From Planctomycetota bacterium (GTDB taxonomy: Bacteria; Planctomycetota; PLA2; JAEUHO01): DNA of 64,000 nucleotides. Made by a program: the position numbers and the translations under genes. Where the stretch lies: the NCBI GenBank assembly GCA_965222115.1, contig CBDCTJ010000007.1, positions 608,001 to 672,000 of the forward strand. Direction: 5' to 3'. Shown piece after piece: positions 9,894 through 19,172 of this stretch. The notes beneath the pieces were generated by a model. It was not told the origin of the DNA. It saw only the letters and a program-made list of their open reading frames with translations, and searched no databases. Position 1 is the stretch's first letter; every line of letters starts with the position of its first letter.

Positions 9894-10904
9894 GTGGACG
9901 AGCAGATTCGCACCATTCAAGAATATGTCTACTCGAAGTACATCGACGGTATGCGCGTGGATCCGATCGACGAAGAGGCTGCGTGCGAGCGGTTGCAAAC
10001 CTACTTCCTTCGGCCGGATAAGAACGAAGACCCCGAATGTGTCTACGTGGGCGTCTTGTGTTTCGAACTGGGTTATGAAGTCGAAGCCAAGCAAGTTGAT
10101 TATTTTCAACGCGCGCACTTTTGGTTGACGCGCCATCGCGGGTTGACCGGTGAGGCGTGGGACGCGGTGGACGACCGCTTGCTCGACTTACAAGAGTTCT
10201 TTGATCAGAAGGAAATCGAAGTTGACGAGTCGCCCTTCTCCGCCGAGGCCGAGGCCGAGGCGGCGCTGGCGCCCGTTGAGATTCGCGAGATTGAAGATCA
10301 CGGTCGCATGATGTTGATACCTGGCGGCGGATTCCTGTTCGGTGCCAACAAGGAACATCGTTCGATCCCAGGGTTCTACATCGATAAGTGCCCGGTAACG
10401 AATCGCCAATACGAGGCGTTTTGCCGCGCCACCGGATACCGTTTTCCGCGCCACTTCAACGACAAGCGTTTTAGTCACCCCGATGCACCCGTTGTCGGCG
10501 TGAGTGTCAACGACGCACTGAAGTACAGCCGTTGGGTTGGCAAAGTCCTGCCCACCGAGGAACAGTGGGAGAAGGCCTGCCGCGGCGTGGATGGACGTCC
10601 CATGCCCTGGGGCGACGACGGCGTAGACGAAACGCGCGCGTGTTTTGGCAAAGATCCCCAGGAGGGGGGCACCGAGTCAGTCAAGGTGCGCCCCAAGTCG
10701 GAGAGTCCCTACGGCGTGTGGGACATGATTGGCAACGTGTGGGAGTGGACGTCGAGCGTGGAACAAGATCCCGATACCGTGCATGCCATTCGCGGCGGGT
10801 GCTACAACGACGTCAGCGACTTTCTGAGTGCCACATGTCGCTTGGTCGCTGCGCCCAAAGACAAGTTTGAAGCCATCGGCTTTCGGTGTGCCAAGCCTAC
10901 GTAA
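9894..10904 (+). CDS. formylglycine-generating enzyme (FGE-sulfatase/SUMF1) domain protein with acidic N-terminal extension
   Basis: FYIDKCPVTNRQY, PVVGVS, LPTEEQWEKACRG, SPYGVWDMIGNVWEW, RGG, IGFRC. Confidence 0.88.
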   Translation: MDEQIRTIQEYVYSKYIDGMRVDPIDEEAACERLQTYFLRPDKNEDPECVYVGVLCFELGYEVEAKQVDYFQRAHFWLTRHRGLTGEAWDAVDDRLLDLQEFFDQKEIEVDESPFSAEAEAEAALAPVEIREIEDHGRMMLIPGGGFLFGANKEHRSIPGFYIDKCPVTNRQYEAFCRATGYRFPRHFNDKRFSHPDAPVVGVSVNDALKYSRWVGKVLPTEEQWEKACRGVDGRPMPWGDDGVDETRACFGKDPQEGGTESVKVRPKSESPYGVWDMIGNVWEWTSSVEQDPDTVHAIRGGCYNDVSDFLSATCRLVAAPKDKFEAIGFRCAKPT

Positions 10905-10946
10905 CGTTGTTGTGCCGCGCCGCGCCGGTCAAGGACCGCGCACGCT

Positions 10947-11876
10947 GTGACCGATTCAACGTCTAACTCGAACACACGTTCGCCCGTGACGCTACGCACG
11001 CACATTGCGCTTCTGCGTCCATTCACTTTGTTGGCACCGGTTGTCGGTGTGCTTGCGGGTGTGACCACGGCCTACGGCGCCATGGGCGGGGCGGTGTCGT
11101 GGCCCATGGCGTCGGTCGTCTACGCGTGTCTATCGGCCGCGCTTGCAACCGGTGCGAGCAACGTGTGGAATCAGGTCTTTGACGCGCCGATCGATTCCGT
11201 CAATAAGCCAACGCGCATGATTCCCGCGGGCCGCATTGACGCGGCGCGCGCAACGTCGTTTGGGGCGTGGTTGGCGGCGGGGACGTTGGTCTTCGGCTGG
11301 CTCGCAGGCCCCGCGTTTGCTGTGTTTGTCTCGCTTGGGTTGTTGTTGACGTGGATGTATAGCGCCCCGCCGCTGCGTTTGAAAGCGCATCCGATCGGTG
11401 CCAATGGGGCCATTGCGATTGCGCGTGGGTTGCTGGTGCCGGTGGCGGGTTGGTCGCTGCTCGCACCCGCATGGGCATCCGATCCGTGGGTGCTCGGTGC
11501 TTGTGCGTGTGTCTTTTTGTTGGGCGCCGCGAGCACCAAGGACTTTACCGATGTAGACGGTGATCGTGCGTATGGGTGTCGCACATGGCCCATCCTTTAC
11601 GGGACGCGCGGCGCGGCGCGGCGCATGACGCCGTTCGTCGTTGGAGCGTTTGGGTTGCTGCCTGCAGCGGCATATCTAGGCGGCTTGTCAATCCCTGTAC
11701 CTCATGCCGCCGTGCTCGCCGTGGTGCTTATGCTTTTGGGCGTGCGCGCGTCGTGGTTGTTGCTACACGACCCGAACGCCGTATCGAATCGTTCGGGCAA
11801 TCACCCCGCGTGGCGCTGGATGTATATCACGCTCTTGGTGTTCTTCGTTGGTGCCGCCGCGGTGTACAACCTGTGA
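10947..11876 (+). CDS. UbiA family prenyltransferase (DGGGP-synthase/chlorophyll-synthase-like)
   Basis: NQVFDAPIDSVNKPTRMIPAG, YSAPPLRLK, KDFTDVDGD motifs; multiple TMs. Confidence 0.88.
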   Translation: MTDSTSNSNTRSPVTLRTHIALLRPFTLLAPVVGVLAGVTTAYGAMGGAVSWPMASVVYACLSAALATGASNVWNQVFDAPIDSVNKPTRMIPAGRIDAARATSFGAWLAAGTLVFGWLAGPAFAVFVSLGLLLTWMYSAPPLRLKAHPIGANGAIAIARGLLVPVAGWSLLAPAWASDPWVLGACACVFLLGAASTKDFTDVDGDRAYGCRTWPILYGTRGAARRMTPFVVGAFGLLPAAAYLGGLSIPVPHAAVLAVVLMLLGVRASWLLLHDPNAVSNRSGNHPAWRWMYITLLVFFVGAAAVYNL

Positions 11877-11901
11877 TATGTTGATGGACGCACGCCATTC
11901 A

Positions 11902-13782
11902 CTACTTGTGGCGCGCCATACGCATCAAGACGAAGTTGAGTGCCAAACGGTGAGAAGCAATCGTTCCCGCCAAGTTGCCCTTCTTCTGATAGTAGTGGCC
12001 AATGGCGTGGAGCACGCGTCCGCGACCGTAGGGAAACGTTGCCGCTACCACCGAGCTCGTGCCATGAATTTCACGCAGTTCGGGGGCTTCAATCAACACT
12101 TCGACTTTGGATTTGTTGCCGGGACGCACATCGTAGGACTTGCGCTCCAGCCACCACTTACCCTGCGTCTTGGGCAAGAACACACCATTTAGAAGCGGGT
12201 GATTCTTACGCCCACGCGCCGGTTCGATGTCGACCACCATTTCGGCCAGTTCATTGCGATCGCCGCGCGTGCGCAAGAATCCGGGAAACGTTCGAGTGAC
12301 GACGGTGGCGATCCCCCAGTCGGTCGTAAACAAGTACCCGCCGTCCCGCACAAAGCGCTCCACTTTGCTCAAGATGCGTCGTCGGTTGTGGGGCAGGAGT
12401 GCTTCGCCGCAATTCCAAAACACGACTTTGTAGTCTTTTAGCGAAACAGCGTTTCGACCCACCAAGTTGTAGGGCGAGGAAAATGTGTATGGAATGCGTA
12501 GGGCATCAAGCACACGTTCGATGCTGTCAAATCCACCTTCCACCACCAAGACGTCTTCGCGCCGAAGGCGATCCAGCGCTGCGCCCGCGCCTGTTTTGCT
12601 GCCGCCGATCGCATCGAGCACAAGTTTGGCCGACGCACGATTGACGTCGAGCGCGCGTCCGGTGGAAAACGCTTGATTGAGTTTACCAGCGGCCACGTTT
12701 GGCGGCGTCGTGACTTGAGGTTTCTTGCGCCGCAATCGCTTGGTCGGACGAAATAGCGTGGCGGTATTGGGATGCAATCCAACCTGTGCCGGCGGGGGAT
12801 CGATCATGTCCTCTTCGGGCAGCGGCAACTCCTCACGCGGATCGGGCGGTGGGGGGGCAGAGGATGCAGGCTCAATCACATCGAGCGACTCCAACAAATC
12901 CTCTGGTTCGTGATGGATCGGCTCTTCAAATACTTCTAAGGGATCGGGTTCGTTGCCGCCCTCCAATTCGTCGGCCACGTCCATAGCACCTTTCACCGTG
13001 CCGAGCGCGGATGTGGGCACATCGGCTTCCTGTTCCATGAACAGGGCAAGCGCAAAGAACAACGCAGCGTGCGCAAGTGCCGACGCGATGAAGAAAGGCG
13101 ACTTCTTTAGTTGTTCCACGAGTTCGCGTTGAAACTCGCGCGTACCAAATCGCTGATCTATGTCTTTGGGACCCGCTTGGTGGCGCTCCGCTACCGTTGT
13201 TGTCGCCGTAGCACGCGACGCAGTGCGCTTGTCGTTCACGTCCGTTGCACGACGATTCGTCGCATGTTGAGTAGCGGGCGTCGCCGCCGCCTTGGTTTGA
13301 GGATGCGGTCGCTGCGCGTGTGAGATTCGTTTCGCATCATCGGCGCGCGGCAGGGCCTGCGACGTCGTGGGGTGCCTGTTTGTTGGCGTTGTGTGGGCTT
13401 CGCGTGGATTGGACGGCTGCGAAGTGCCAACGCCAGGGTCATCGGCCAGCTGAAACGTGCTCTCTGCGATGGAGGACGCCGCCGCGGGCGCTTCGTCGTA
13501 GTGGCCAAATGCGAATGCCGCGTGCGCGCCACGCGCGGCGGTGATTTCAACATCGCCGACAAAGAACGATTGGCCCCAGATGATGGGAATCGGGGTGAGA
13601 GGTCGCTTGGTCGTTCGAAAACACAAGCCGTCGGCGTCGGGTTCGATTACACCCTCAATATCCGCCCAGCCCACATGGCTCAACGACACGCCTGCGACGG
13701 GCGAGGACCCTACCGTGCATGGCAACTCCGAAATGGGTACCGTGCGCATCCAGGTGTCGGCCTTTAGCGTGAGGTTGAACAC
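11902..13782 (-). CDS. membrane protein: FHA-like N-terminus, TM, proline/acidic linker, C-terminal class I glutamine-amidotransferase-like domain
   Basis: SALAHAALFFALALF TM; C-terminal VVFWNCG...VERFVRDGGYLFTTDW...YGRGRVLH pattern. Confidence 0.6.
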   Translation of the reverse strand: MFNLTLKADTWMRTVPISELPCTVGSSPVAGVSLSHVGWADIEGVIEPDADGLCFRTTKRPLTPIPIIWGQSFFVGDVEITAARGAHAAFAFGHYDEAPAAASSIAESTFQLADDPGVGTSQPSNPREAHTTPTNRHPTTSQALPRADDAKRISHAQRPHPQTKAAATPATQHATNRRATDVNDKRTASRATATTTVAERHQAGPKDIDQRFGTREFQRELVEQLKKSPFFIASALAHAALFFALALFMEQEADVPTSALGTVKGAMDVADELEGGNEPDPLEVFEEPIHHEPEDLLESLDVIEPASSAPPPPDPREELPLPEEDMIDPPPAQVGLHPNTATLFRPTKRLRRKKPQVTTPPNVAAGKLNQAFSTGRALDVNRASAKLVLDAIGGSKTGAGAALDRLRREDVLVVEGGFDSIERVLDALRIPYTFSSPYNLVGRNAVSLKDYKVVFWNCGEALLPHNRRRILSKVERFVRDGGYLFTTDWGIATVVTRTFPGFLRTRGDRNELAEMVVDIEPARGRKNHPLLNGVFLPKTQGKWWLERKSYDVRPGNKSKVEVLIEAPELREIHGTSSVVAATFPYGRGRVLHAIGHYYQKKGNLAGTIASHRLALNFVLMRMARHK

Positions 13783-13853
13783 GGCGCGGGGAGTCCTCGG
13801 CGAATCGTCGCTGGCCCCCTCGATTTCACGGGGTGCCTATGCCTTCCAACGTA

Positions 13854-15017
13854 TCAGGCGGTCAACGGACGCGATCGATCATGCGATTTCAGCTGTTCTC
13901 GCGTCGAGCTACCTACGTCGCGGGCTCTCCTCCGGGCTAACAGCATGACGGCAGCCGCGATTCCAGGCACAAATGGAACGCCTCCCAGTCGCCACTGCTC
14001 GCCGAGTTGTTGGAGACCGTGCTCCATGGCGGTAAGTGAGATAGCGCCCTTCGTGACGGGTTGGTAATGAACGCAGAAGTACGTGGCCGCGGTCACGACG
14101 ACCAGTGCAATGAGCATCAAGCTGGCAAGTATACGGGAGGCACGGCCCTCGAGACCCACGAACGCACCGAGTAGTAGCACGACCAAGCACACGGCGATGT
14201 AGATCGGTGCGAGGACGCCAACACGAGAGATCAGCGGCGAATCGGTGGGGCGTGTCTCTGGAATCTCGTTGCTTGGTAGTTCTGTGAAGTCTCGGGTTGC
14301 CGCCACAGCACTTGTCAGGTTGCTGTGATACCCAAACATGTAATTCTTATGGAGCCGTGACTGGCCAATTGGAAATGCCAAGTACGAAACGAGGAGCGCG
14401 AATCCTGTAATCAGGACCAACCAACCCGTACGCGATCGTTCTCGTCGCGGAACCAGGAGCCCGCCGACGACAAGCCCGACACCAAGCGCGAAGTCCAGCA
14501 GTTGTGAATCCCCGGGTCGGCCGATAAACATCGTCAAACCCGTCGCGGCAATCAGCAGCCGCCCACGCCACGCGCCGCCCTTCGTCGTGGTCACGATCAG
14601 GTAGAGCAGCGCTGCGATGACCAACACGCAGGCCAGCATCGGCGCGTAATGCCAATTCCACACCCACGATCCGTGTTCATCTCGAAACAACTCGACCAAG
14701 GTCTTCCCCAGATAGGGACGGCCCAACATCGTGGACCCCATGGTCCGGTGAAACGTCGTAAAGATGATGAGACAGGTGGCGATGAAGCCAATAGCTGCAT
14801 AGATACGTGGATTTTGCATCCAACCGAAGAGCAGCGAAGTTCGAGAGCGCGGCCCAAGCTCGTCGGTTGAACGTTCCATTACAGGGCGGCGGACGACACG
14901 CTGCGCGGCGTCTTCCTTGCCACGTCGCGTACGGGCACGCGCTCGCGGCAAACGCGCGTTCTCGTTGTCGCCCAACGCAAACGTCCGCTTACGTGAGGGG
15001 CGCGGCGCGTCAGGCAT
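13854..15017 (-). CDS. hypothetical multi-pass membrane protein
   Basis: Long ORF with ~8 hydrophobic segments; start overlaps the end of the upstream gene. Confidence 0.65.
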   Translation of the reverse strand: MPDAPRPSRKRTFALGDNENARLPRARARTRRGKEDAAQRVVRRPVMERSTDELGPRSRTSLLFGWMQNPRIYAAIGFIATCLIIFTTFHRTMGSTMLGRPYLGKTLVELFRDEHGSWVWNWHYAPMLACVLVIAALLYLIVTTTKGGAWRGRLLIAATGLTMFIGRPGDSQLLDFALGVGLVVGGLLVPRRERSRTGWLVLITGFALLVSYLAFPIGQSRLHKNYMFGYHSNLTSAVAATRDFTELPSNEIPETRPTDSPLISRVGVLAPIYIAVCLVVLLLGAFVGLEGRASRILASLMLIALVVVTAATYFCVHYQPVTKGAISLTAMEHGLQQLGEQWRLGGVPFVPGIAAAVMLLARRRARDVGSSTREQLKSHDRSRPLTA

Positions 15018-15954
15018 GTCGCACCTCGCGTTCTTCGAGCTTCTGCGCGCGCGCGACCTCTCCAAAGGCGAAGACTGCGATCATGAGTGGCGCAAGTGCA
15101 TCGGGAACAAGCATGTTGTATAACTGTGTTGAAATGGATCCCGCTGTGCCGGGCTCTTCGCCGCCTGTGCTTCCAGCAAGGGTCATGTAGGCATGCCGGG
15201 TGATCGAGGGGAGTAACAAGAGCGCAATGCCGCACCAAAGCCACCACCGCCATCGTATCCCAAACAACGTGGTAATCGCGATCACACAGGTCAGCAAGAT
15301 CATGGCCATCGGAATGAGATTGAACATCGTTTCGTCACGTTGCGATGTTTGAGGAGTTATGGGCTCACCACTAAACAGCCCCCGTTCCCATGCTCCGGGC
15401 AAGTCGCGAAGATAGTGCGTGAGTTTGGTGTCGGCATACGACATTGTTGGACTGATGAGCAGGTGCGCGAGCAGGCACGCGGCGGCGCCTGCCGCAATCC
15501 ATGCCCCGGTGCGCGTGGATGTTCGTTGGAGCGAGTACGCCAGCCCGCCACCCATGAGTGTCATGAGAACCAATTCGCTCGTGTCGTAGCGAGAAACTGC
15601 CATGGTCATGCTGACGGAATTCGCGGCGGATGGATCGCACAGAATAAAGATCAGGGGAGCGACCAACGCGAAAAGTACCGTTACACGTAAGCGCGCCGCG
15701 CGCGTAAATGCCATGAACAGGGCCCATAGCCCGGTAACGCTCCACAGCACGGCAGTTGCCGTAGTGCGAGGGTCTTCGATTCGCGCGAAGTGTTCCCACG
15801 GCCACGAATCGATAATGCCAAAGAGTGGATTGGCATACAGGAACAACGACAACACCATGAGGAATCCCGCTACGGCGAGCGAAGGTGACGTCGCCGAGAC
15901 GGCCGGCGCGATCGATGCAGGAGGTCGTTGGCGTCGGGTTCGTCGGGAACGCAT
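15010..15954 (-). CDS. hypothetical multi-pass membrane protein
   Basis: 314-aa ORF with ~8 hydrophobic segments, translationally coupled to the next gene. Confidence 0.65.
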   Translation of the reverse strand: MRSRRTRRQRPPASIAPAVSATSPSLAVAGFLMVLSLFLYANPLFGIIDSWPWEHFARIEDPRTTATAVLWSVTGLWALFMAFTRAARLRVTVLFALVAPLIFILCDPSAANSVSMTMAVSRYDTSELVLMTLMGGGLAYSLQRTSTRTGAWIAAGAAACLLAHLLISPTMSYADTKLTHYLRDLPGAWERGLFSGEPITPQTSQRDETMFNLIPMAMILLTCVIAITTLFGIRWRWWLWCGIALLLLPSITRHAYMTLAGSTGGEEPGTAGSISTQLYNMLVPDALAPLMIAVFAFGEVARAQKLEEREVRHA

Positions 15955-16036
15955 AGGTGTTCCATGAGAGCAGAAGGAGGGCGAGGCGACAAATCAGGTC
16001 TGTCACGCGAGGTGCAAATCGTACAAAGGAGGCGAT

Positions 16037-16633
16037 TTACTCGGAGGGCGGGGCGGTCCGAAGAATCAGATCGTAGGCCTCGCGCAACTTGAGGAATCGC
16101 TTGCTTGCAAAGGCTTGAATGGCGGGATCCAAATGAGCGACTTTGTCGGGATGGCTCGCTTGCGCGTGACGGCGGAAGGCCTCATCGATTTCGTCGGCTG
16201 TCGAGTTTGACGTGAGCCCCATGAGATCCAATGCGGACTCGCGCGTCATGAGGCCCGGTTGCGGGTCGATGTGTACTTGATCAACGTCGCTCGCCGCGTT
16301 GGATCGGTGTGGGGCGTTGCGTTCGCTCGCCGGCCCGTGCTTGGACTCACTTTCGTCCCGCGAAACCGATCGATGTTTGGCGTGATCTTGCCAGGGAATC
16401 GAGACGTTGGGGTTCTGTTCGTCGTCGAACGTGGTGGCATGCGATGGCTCGCCTGGGCGGGTATAGCGGTGCCGACCGTGAGGCACGAGCTCGATTTCGT
16501 TGCTGCATTTTGGGCATCGATAGCGCACGCGTGGGCCGCCGCGAGCGGCTGTTCGGGCTTTGAGGATGCCGTATGCCGCTACGTCGTCCCGCGTAAAGGG
16601 CGTCTGGCACCGGTCACACTCGCCGAGTTGCAT
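16037..16633 (-). CDS. J-domain protein with N-terminal zinc ribbon
   Basis: CDRC...CPKC at the N-terminus; C-terminal J-domain with HPDKV and EAYDLI. Confidence 0.85.
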   Translation of the reverse strand: MQLGECDRCQTPFTRDDVAAYGILKARTAARGGPRVRYRCPKCSNEIELVPHGRHRYTRPGEPSHATTFDDEQNPNVSIPWQDHAKHRSVSRDESESKHGPASERNAPHRSNAASDVDQVHIDPQPGLMTRESALDLMGLTSNSTADEIDEAFRRHAQASHPDKVAHLDPAIQAFASKRFLKLREAYDLILRTAPPSE

Positions 16634-16754
16634 GGGCGTATTCTACGAGATCCCTCATCGGTGTGGAAACGAGACTTGACCTCCGGCGGCCCTGCGTAAC
16701 GATGACCCGCTTGGCAATGCAATTCGCCGAGATGCAGTTCGCCGAGGAGGCGCG

Positions 16755-16880
16755 ATGAAGCTCAAGATTCGAAACTCCACCCGCAAGCGCCGCAAGGTGG
16801 GCTTCCGCGCGCGTATGCGTACCAAGGCGGGCCGTAAGATTGTCAACCGGCGTCGTCGTTTGCGCGGTACGTTTCCTTAA
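16755..16880 (+). CDS. rpmH: 50S ribosomal protein L34 (not in ORF track)
   Basis: Hand translation MKLKIRNSTRKRRKVGFRARMRTKAGRKIVNRRRRLRGTFP (41 aa) has the GFRARM.TK.GR L34 signature; GAGGAGG RBS. Confidence 0.92.
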   Translation: MKLKIRNSTRKRRKVGFRARMRTKAGRKIVNRRRRLRGTFP

Positions 16881-16904
16881 CCCATTAATGTCCCTAACCC
16901 ACTG

Positions 16905-17981
16905 ATGCCTCCGCAACCGCAGCGCCCCGACGAGCGCGAATCCCCCGCGCGCGGTTCATCTCAAGACAAGGTCCGATCGAAAGACCACGTCCGATCGAAA
17001 GGCAAGGCCCGATCGATGAGGAACGTGTCGTCGAAGGCCGTGCTGTCTCGTCGACATGTCCTGCGCGGCGCAAGTGCGGCCGCGGTTATGGGGCTCACGC
17101 CCGGTGTGGCGTTTTCCAAAGACAAACCCGTAGTCATGCCCACACGCGCCCTCGGGAAAACGGGTGTAAACGTGTCGCTCTTTGGCCTTGGGTGTTTTCC
17201 GCTGGGCAAGATGGCTCGCGTGGAGGACGCCATCAATGTGGTCCACGCGTCCGTTCGCGCCGGGTGTACCTATTTTGACACCGCGCCCAGTTACTCACGC
17301 GGCGTCAGTGAAGAACGTTTGGGTCGCGCATTGAAGGCGCTCGGTAAAGACGCCGCGCGCCTGTTTGTTGCCACCAAGACCAACACACGTACCGCGGACG
17401 ATGCCCAGCGTGATTTAGATCAGAGCTTACGACGTCTTGGTCGTACCGCCATCGACATGGTTCAGATTCATGCCATCAAGTCAAAGGATGACATGGCCTT
17501 GGCGCTCGATCCGAAGCGCGGACCGCTCAAGACGTTGTTGCGTGCGCAAGAACAAAAGGTCATTCGTTTTATTGGTGTGACGGGTCACGCCGATCCGCGC
17601 GTGATGAGCGAGACGATTTCGCGCTACGGATTTGACGCCGTGCTGTTTCCACTCAATTGCGTTGATCCACACCACATGCCATTCCAGACGTCTACGTTGC
17701 CCACCGCCATCAAGCGGGGGATGGGTCGCGTGGCGATGAAGGTCTTTGCATCGGGCCGGCTCCCCAAGCGCGGGAAGATCGACCCACGCGCGTGCTTGCG
17801 CTACACCTACGGACTCGACATCTCCACTGCCATCGTGGGGTGTTCCACGGTGGGCGAAGTCGCGTTGGCGGCTTCCGTCGCGCGCGAGAACAAACCCCTC
17901 ACCAAGCGCGAACAAGCGGCGCTTCTGGCAAAAACGGCCCCACTCAAGGGCAAGAAGACCGAGTGGTACAAGCGCGCGTAG
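16905..17981 (+). CDS. aldo/keto reductase with twin-arginine-like signal peptide
   Basis: SRRHVL + hydrophobic stretch; LGKTG, YFDTAPSY, SEERLG, ATK, QIHA, IGVTGH, AMKV. Start could be 16905 or 17016. Confidence 0.88.
   Translation: MPPQPQRPDERESPARGSSQDKVRSKDHVRSKGKARSMRNVSSKAVLSRRHVLRGASAAAVMGLTPGVAFSKDKPVVMPTRALGKTGVNVSLFGLGCFPLGKMARVEDAINVVHASVRAGCTYFDTAPSYSRGVSEERLGRALKALGKDAARLFVATKTNTRTADDAQRDLDQSLRRLGRTAIDMVQIHAIKSKDDMALALDPKRGPLKTLLRAQEQKVIRFIGVTGHADPRVMSETISRYGFDAVLFPLNCVDPHHMPFQTSTLPTAIKRGMGRVAMKVFASGRLPKRGKIDPRACLRYTYGLDISTAIVGCSTVGEVALAASVARENKPLTKREQAALLAKTAPLKGKKTEWYKRA
16962..17015 (+). repeat. 3 x 18-bp imperfect tandem repeat
   Basis: caagacaaggtccgatcg / aaagaccacgtccgatcg / aaaggcaaggcccgatcg. 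Confidence 0.75.
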
Positions 17982-18087
17982 TGCAGGCGATTGCCTAATC
18001 GTCCCGTATCTATCGACGCCACACCTCACGCGATGCATCACCGTCGGTAGGATACGAGTTCGTTTCGTTACGTATCGGAGCCATCCC

Positions 18088-19149
18088 ATGAGAACCGTTT
18101 TGCTCCTGCTTGCATTGGTGGGTGGCCTCGTTGCACTCATGGTGGCCACGGGCTTATGGGATTCGTTGATTTCGTCATCCGACACACCATCAAGCACGGA
18201 ACCCACGGCGCACGGCACCACGGACCCAGAGAATGGTGAAAACACGACGTTGCGAGGAACCGACACGATCCGTGGCCCGTTGGAAGAGCCTACGCTCCGC
18301 CAACTGGAACAAGAACATCGCGCGTTGCTCATTTCACGTGGCCCCTTTCCCTGGATCAAAGTGGTTGAGACTCAGCTCGGCGCCCATAAAAACTTGGCGT
18401 ATCAAACGTGGTATACCGACACGACGAACGCGCTCGATCTCGACGCGGGCCCCGGATCGGGGCCGGGGCGTGACTTGCCGGACTTGACGGACACGCCCGA
18501 CGCATCGTTCTTAGAGAACAACAACATCGACCTCTTGCTGCTCGACGAGATTGACCCGCATGCGATTCCGGATCAGTTTTGGGAGGCGGTGCGCACGCGT
18601 GTGAACAACGGCACGATGGGGCTTTGGGTTCATCCGGGCATTCCGTATGCCACCACGAAAGGCGACAAAGCGCCCGCGGTCCATCCCATGCTGGAGCACG
18701 ACCTGTTGAAGGGATTGCTGCCGGTTACCGACGCGTTGGAAATCAAAGGCACCCCCGTGCCCGGCGTGGTGGCCGACAGCAGCAAGGAACCTCGGCCCTT
18801 CATACTGACGGAGAAGGGAAAAAAGCACGTAGCCGTACAGTTTTACGACGATCCACGAAAGACGGAGCGACTTTGGCAACAGGTGACGGCAGGCAAGTAC
18901 GGGTGGCGCGTGCGCTTCTGTTATCCCGTTACGAAGTTGGCGGAGGGCGCAACGACGTTGGTTGAAGTCGACACCGGCAAGCTCGACAACCTTCCGGCCA
19001 TCGTGGTGTCGGATGCGTCAAACGGTCGCGTATTTTGGCTCGGTACCGATTCGATGGGCTGGGACGCCCTCTATCAATCCACGTCCACTGGACGCATGCA
19101 CAAGCTCATGTCCAACTGGCTTGGGTGGTTGGTGGGGGAAACGGAATAG
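18088..19149 (+). CDS. exported/membrane-anchored hypothetical protein (glutamine-amidotransferase-like fold possible)
   Basis: N-terminal hydrophobic anchor; DLLLLDEID, GTMGL, LLPV and GRVFWLGTD pattern. Confidence 0.6.
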   Translation: MRTVLLLLALVGGLVALMVATGLWDSLISSSDTPSSTEPTAHGTTDPENGENTTLRGTDTIRGPLEEPTLRQLEQEHRALLISRGPFPWIKVVETQLGAHKNLAYQTWYTDTTNALDLDAGPGSGPGRDLPDLTDTPDASFLENNNIDLLLLDEIDPHAIPDQFWEAVRTRVNNGTMGLWVHPGIPYATTKGDKAPAVHPMLEHDLLKGLLPVTDALEIKGTPVPGVVADSSKEPRPFILTEKGKKHVAVQFYDDPRKTERLWQQVTAGKYGWRVRFCYPVTKLAEGATTLVEVDTGKLDNLPAIVVSDASNGRVFWLGTDSMGWDALYQSTSTGRMHKLMSNWLGWLVGETE

Positions 19150-19172
19150 ATCCAAGCGGCAAGGCCTCGGCG

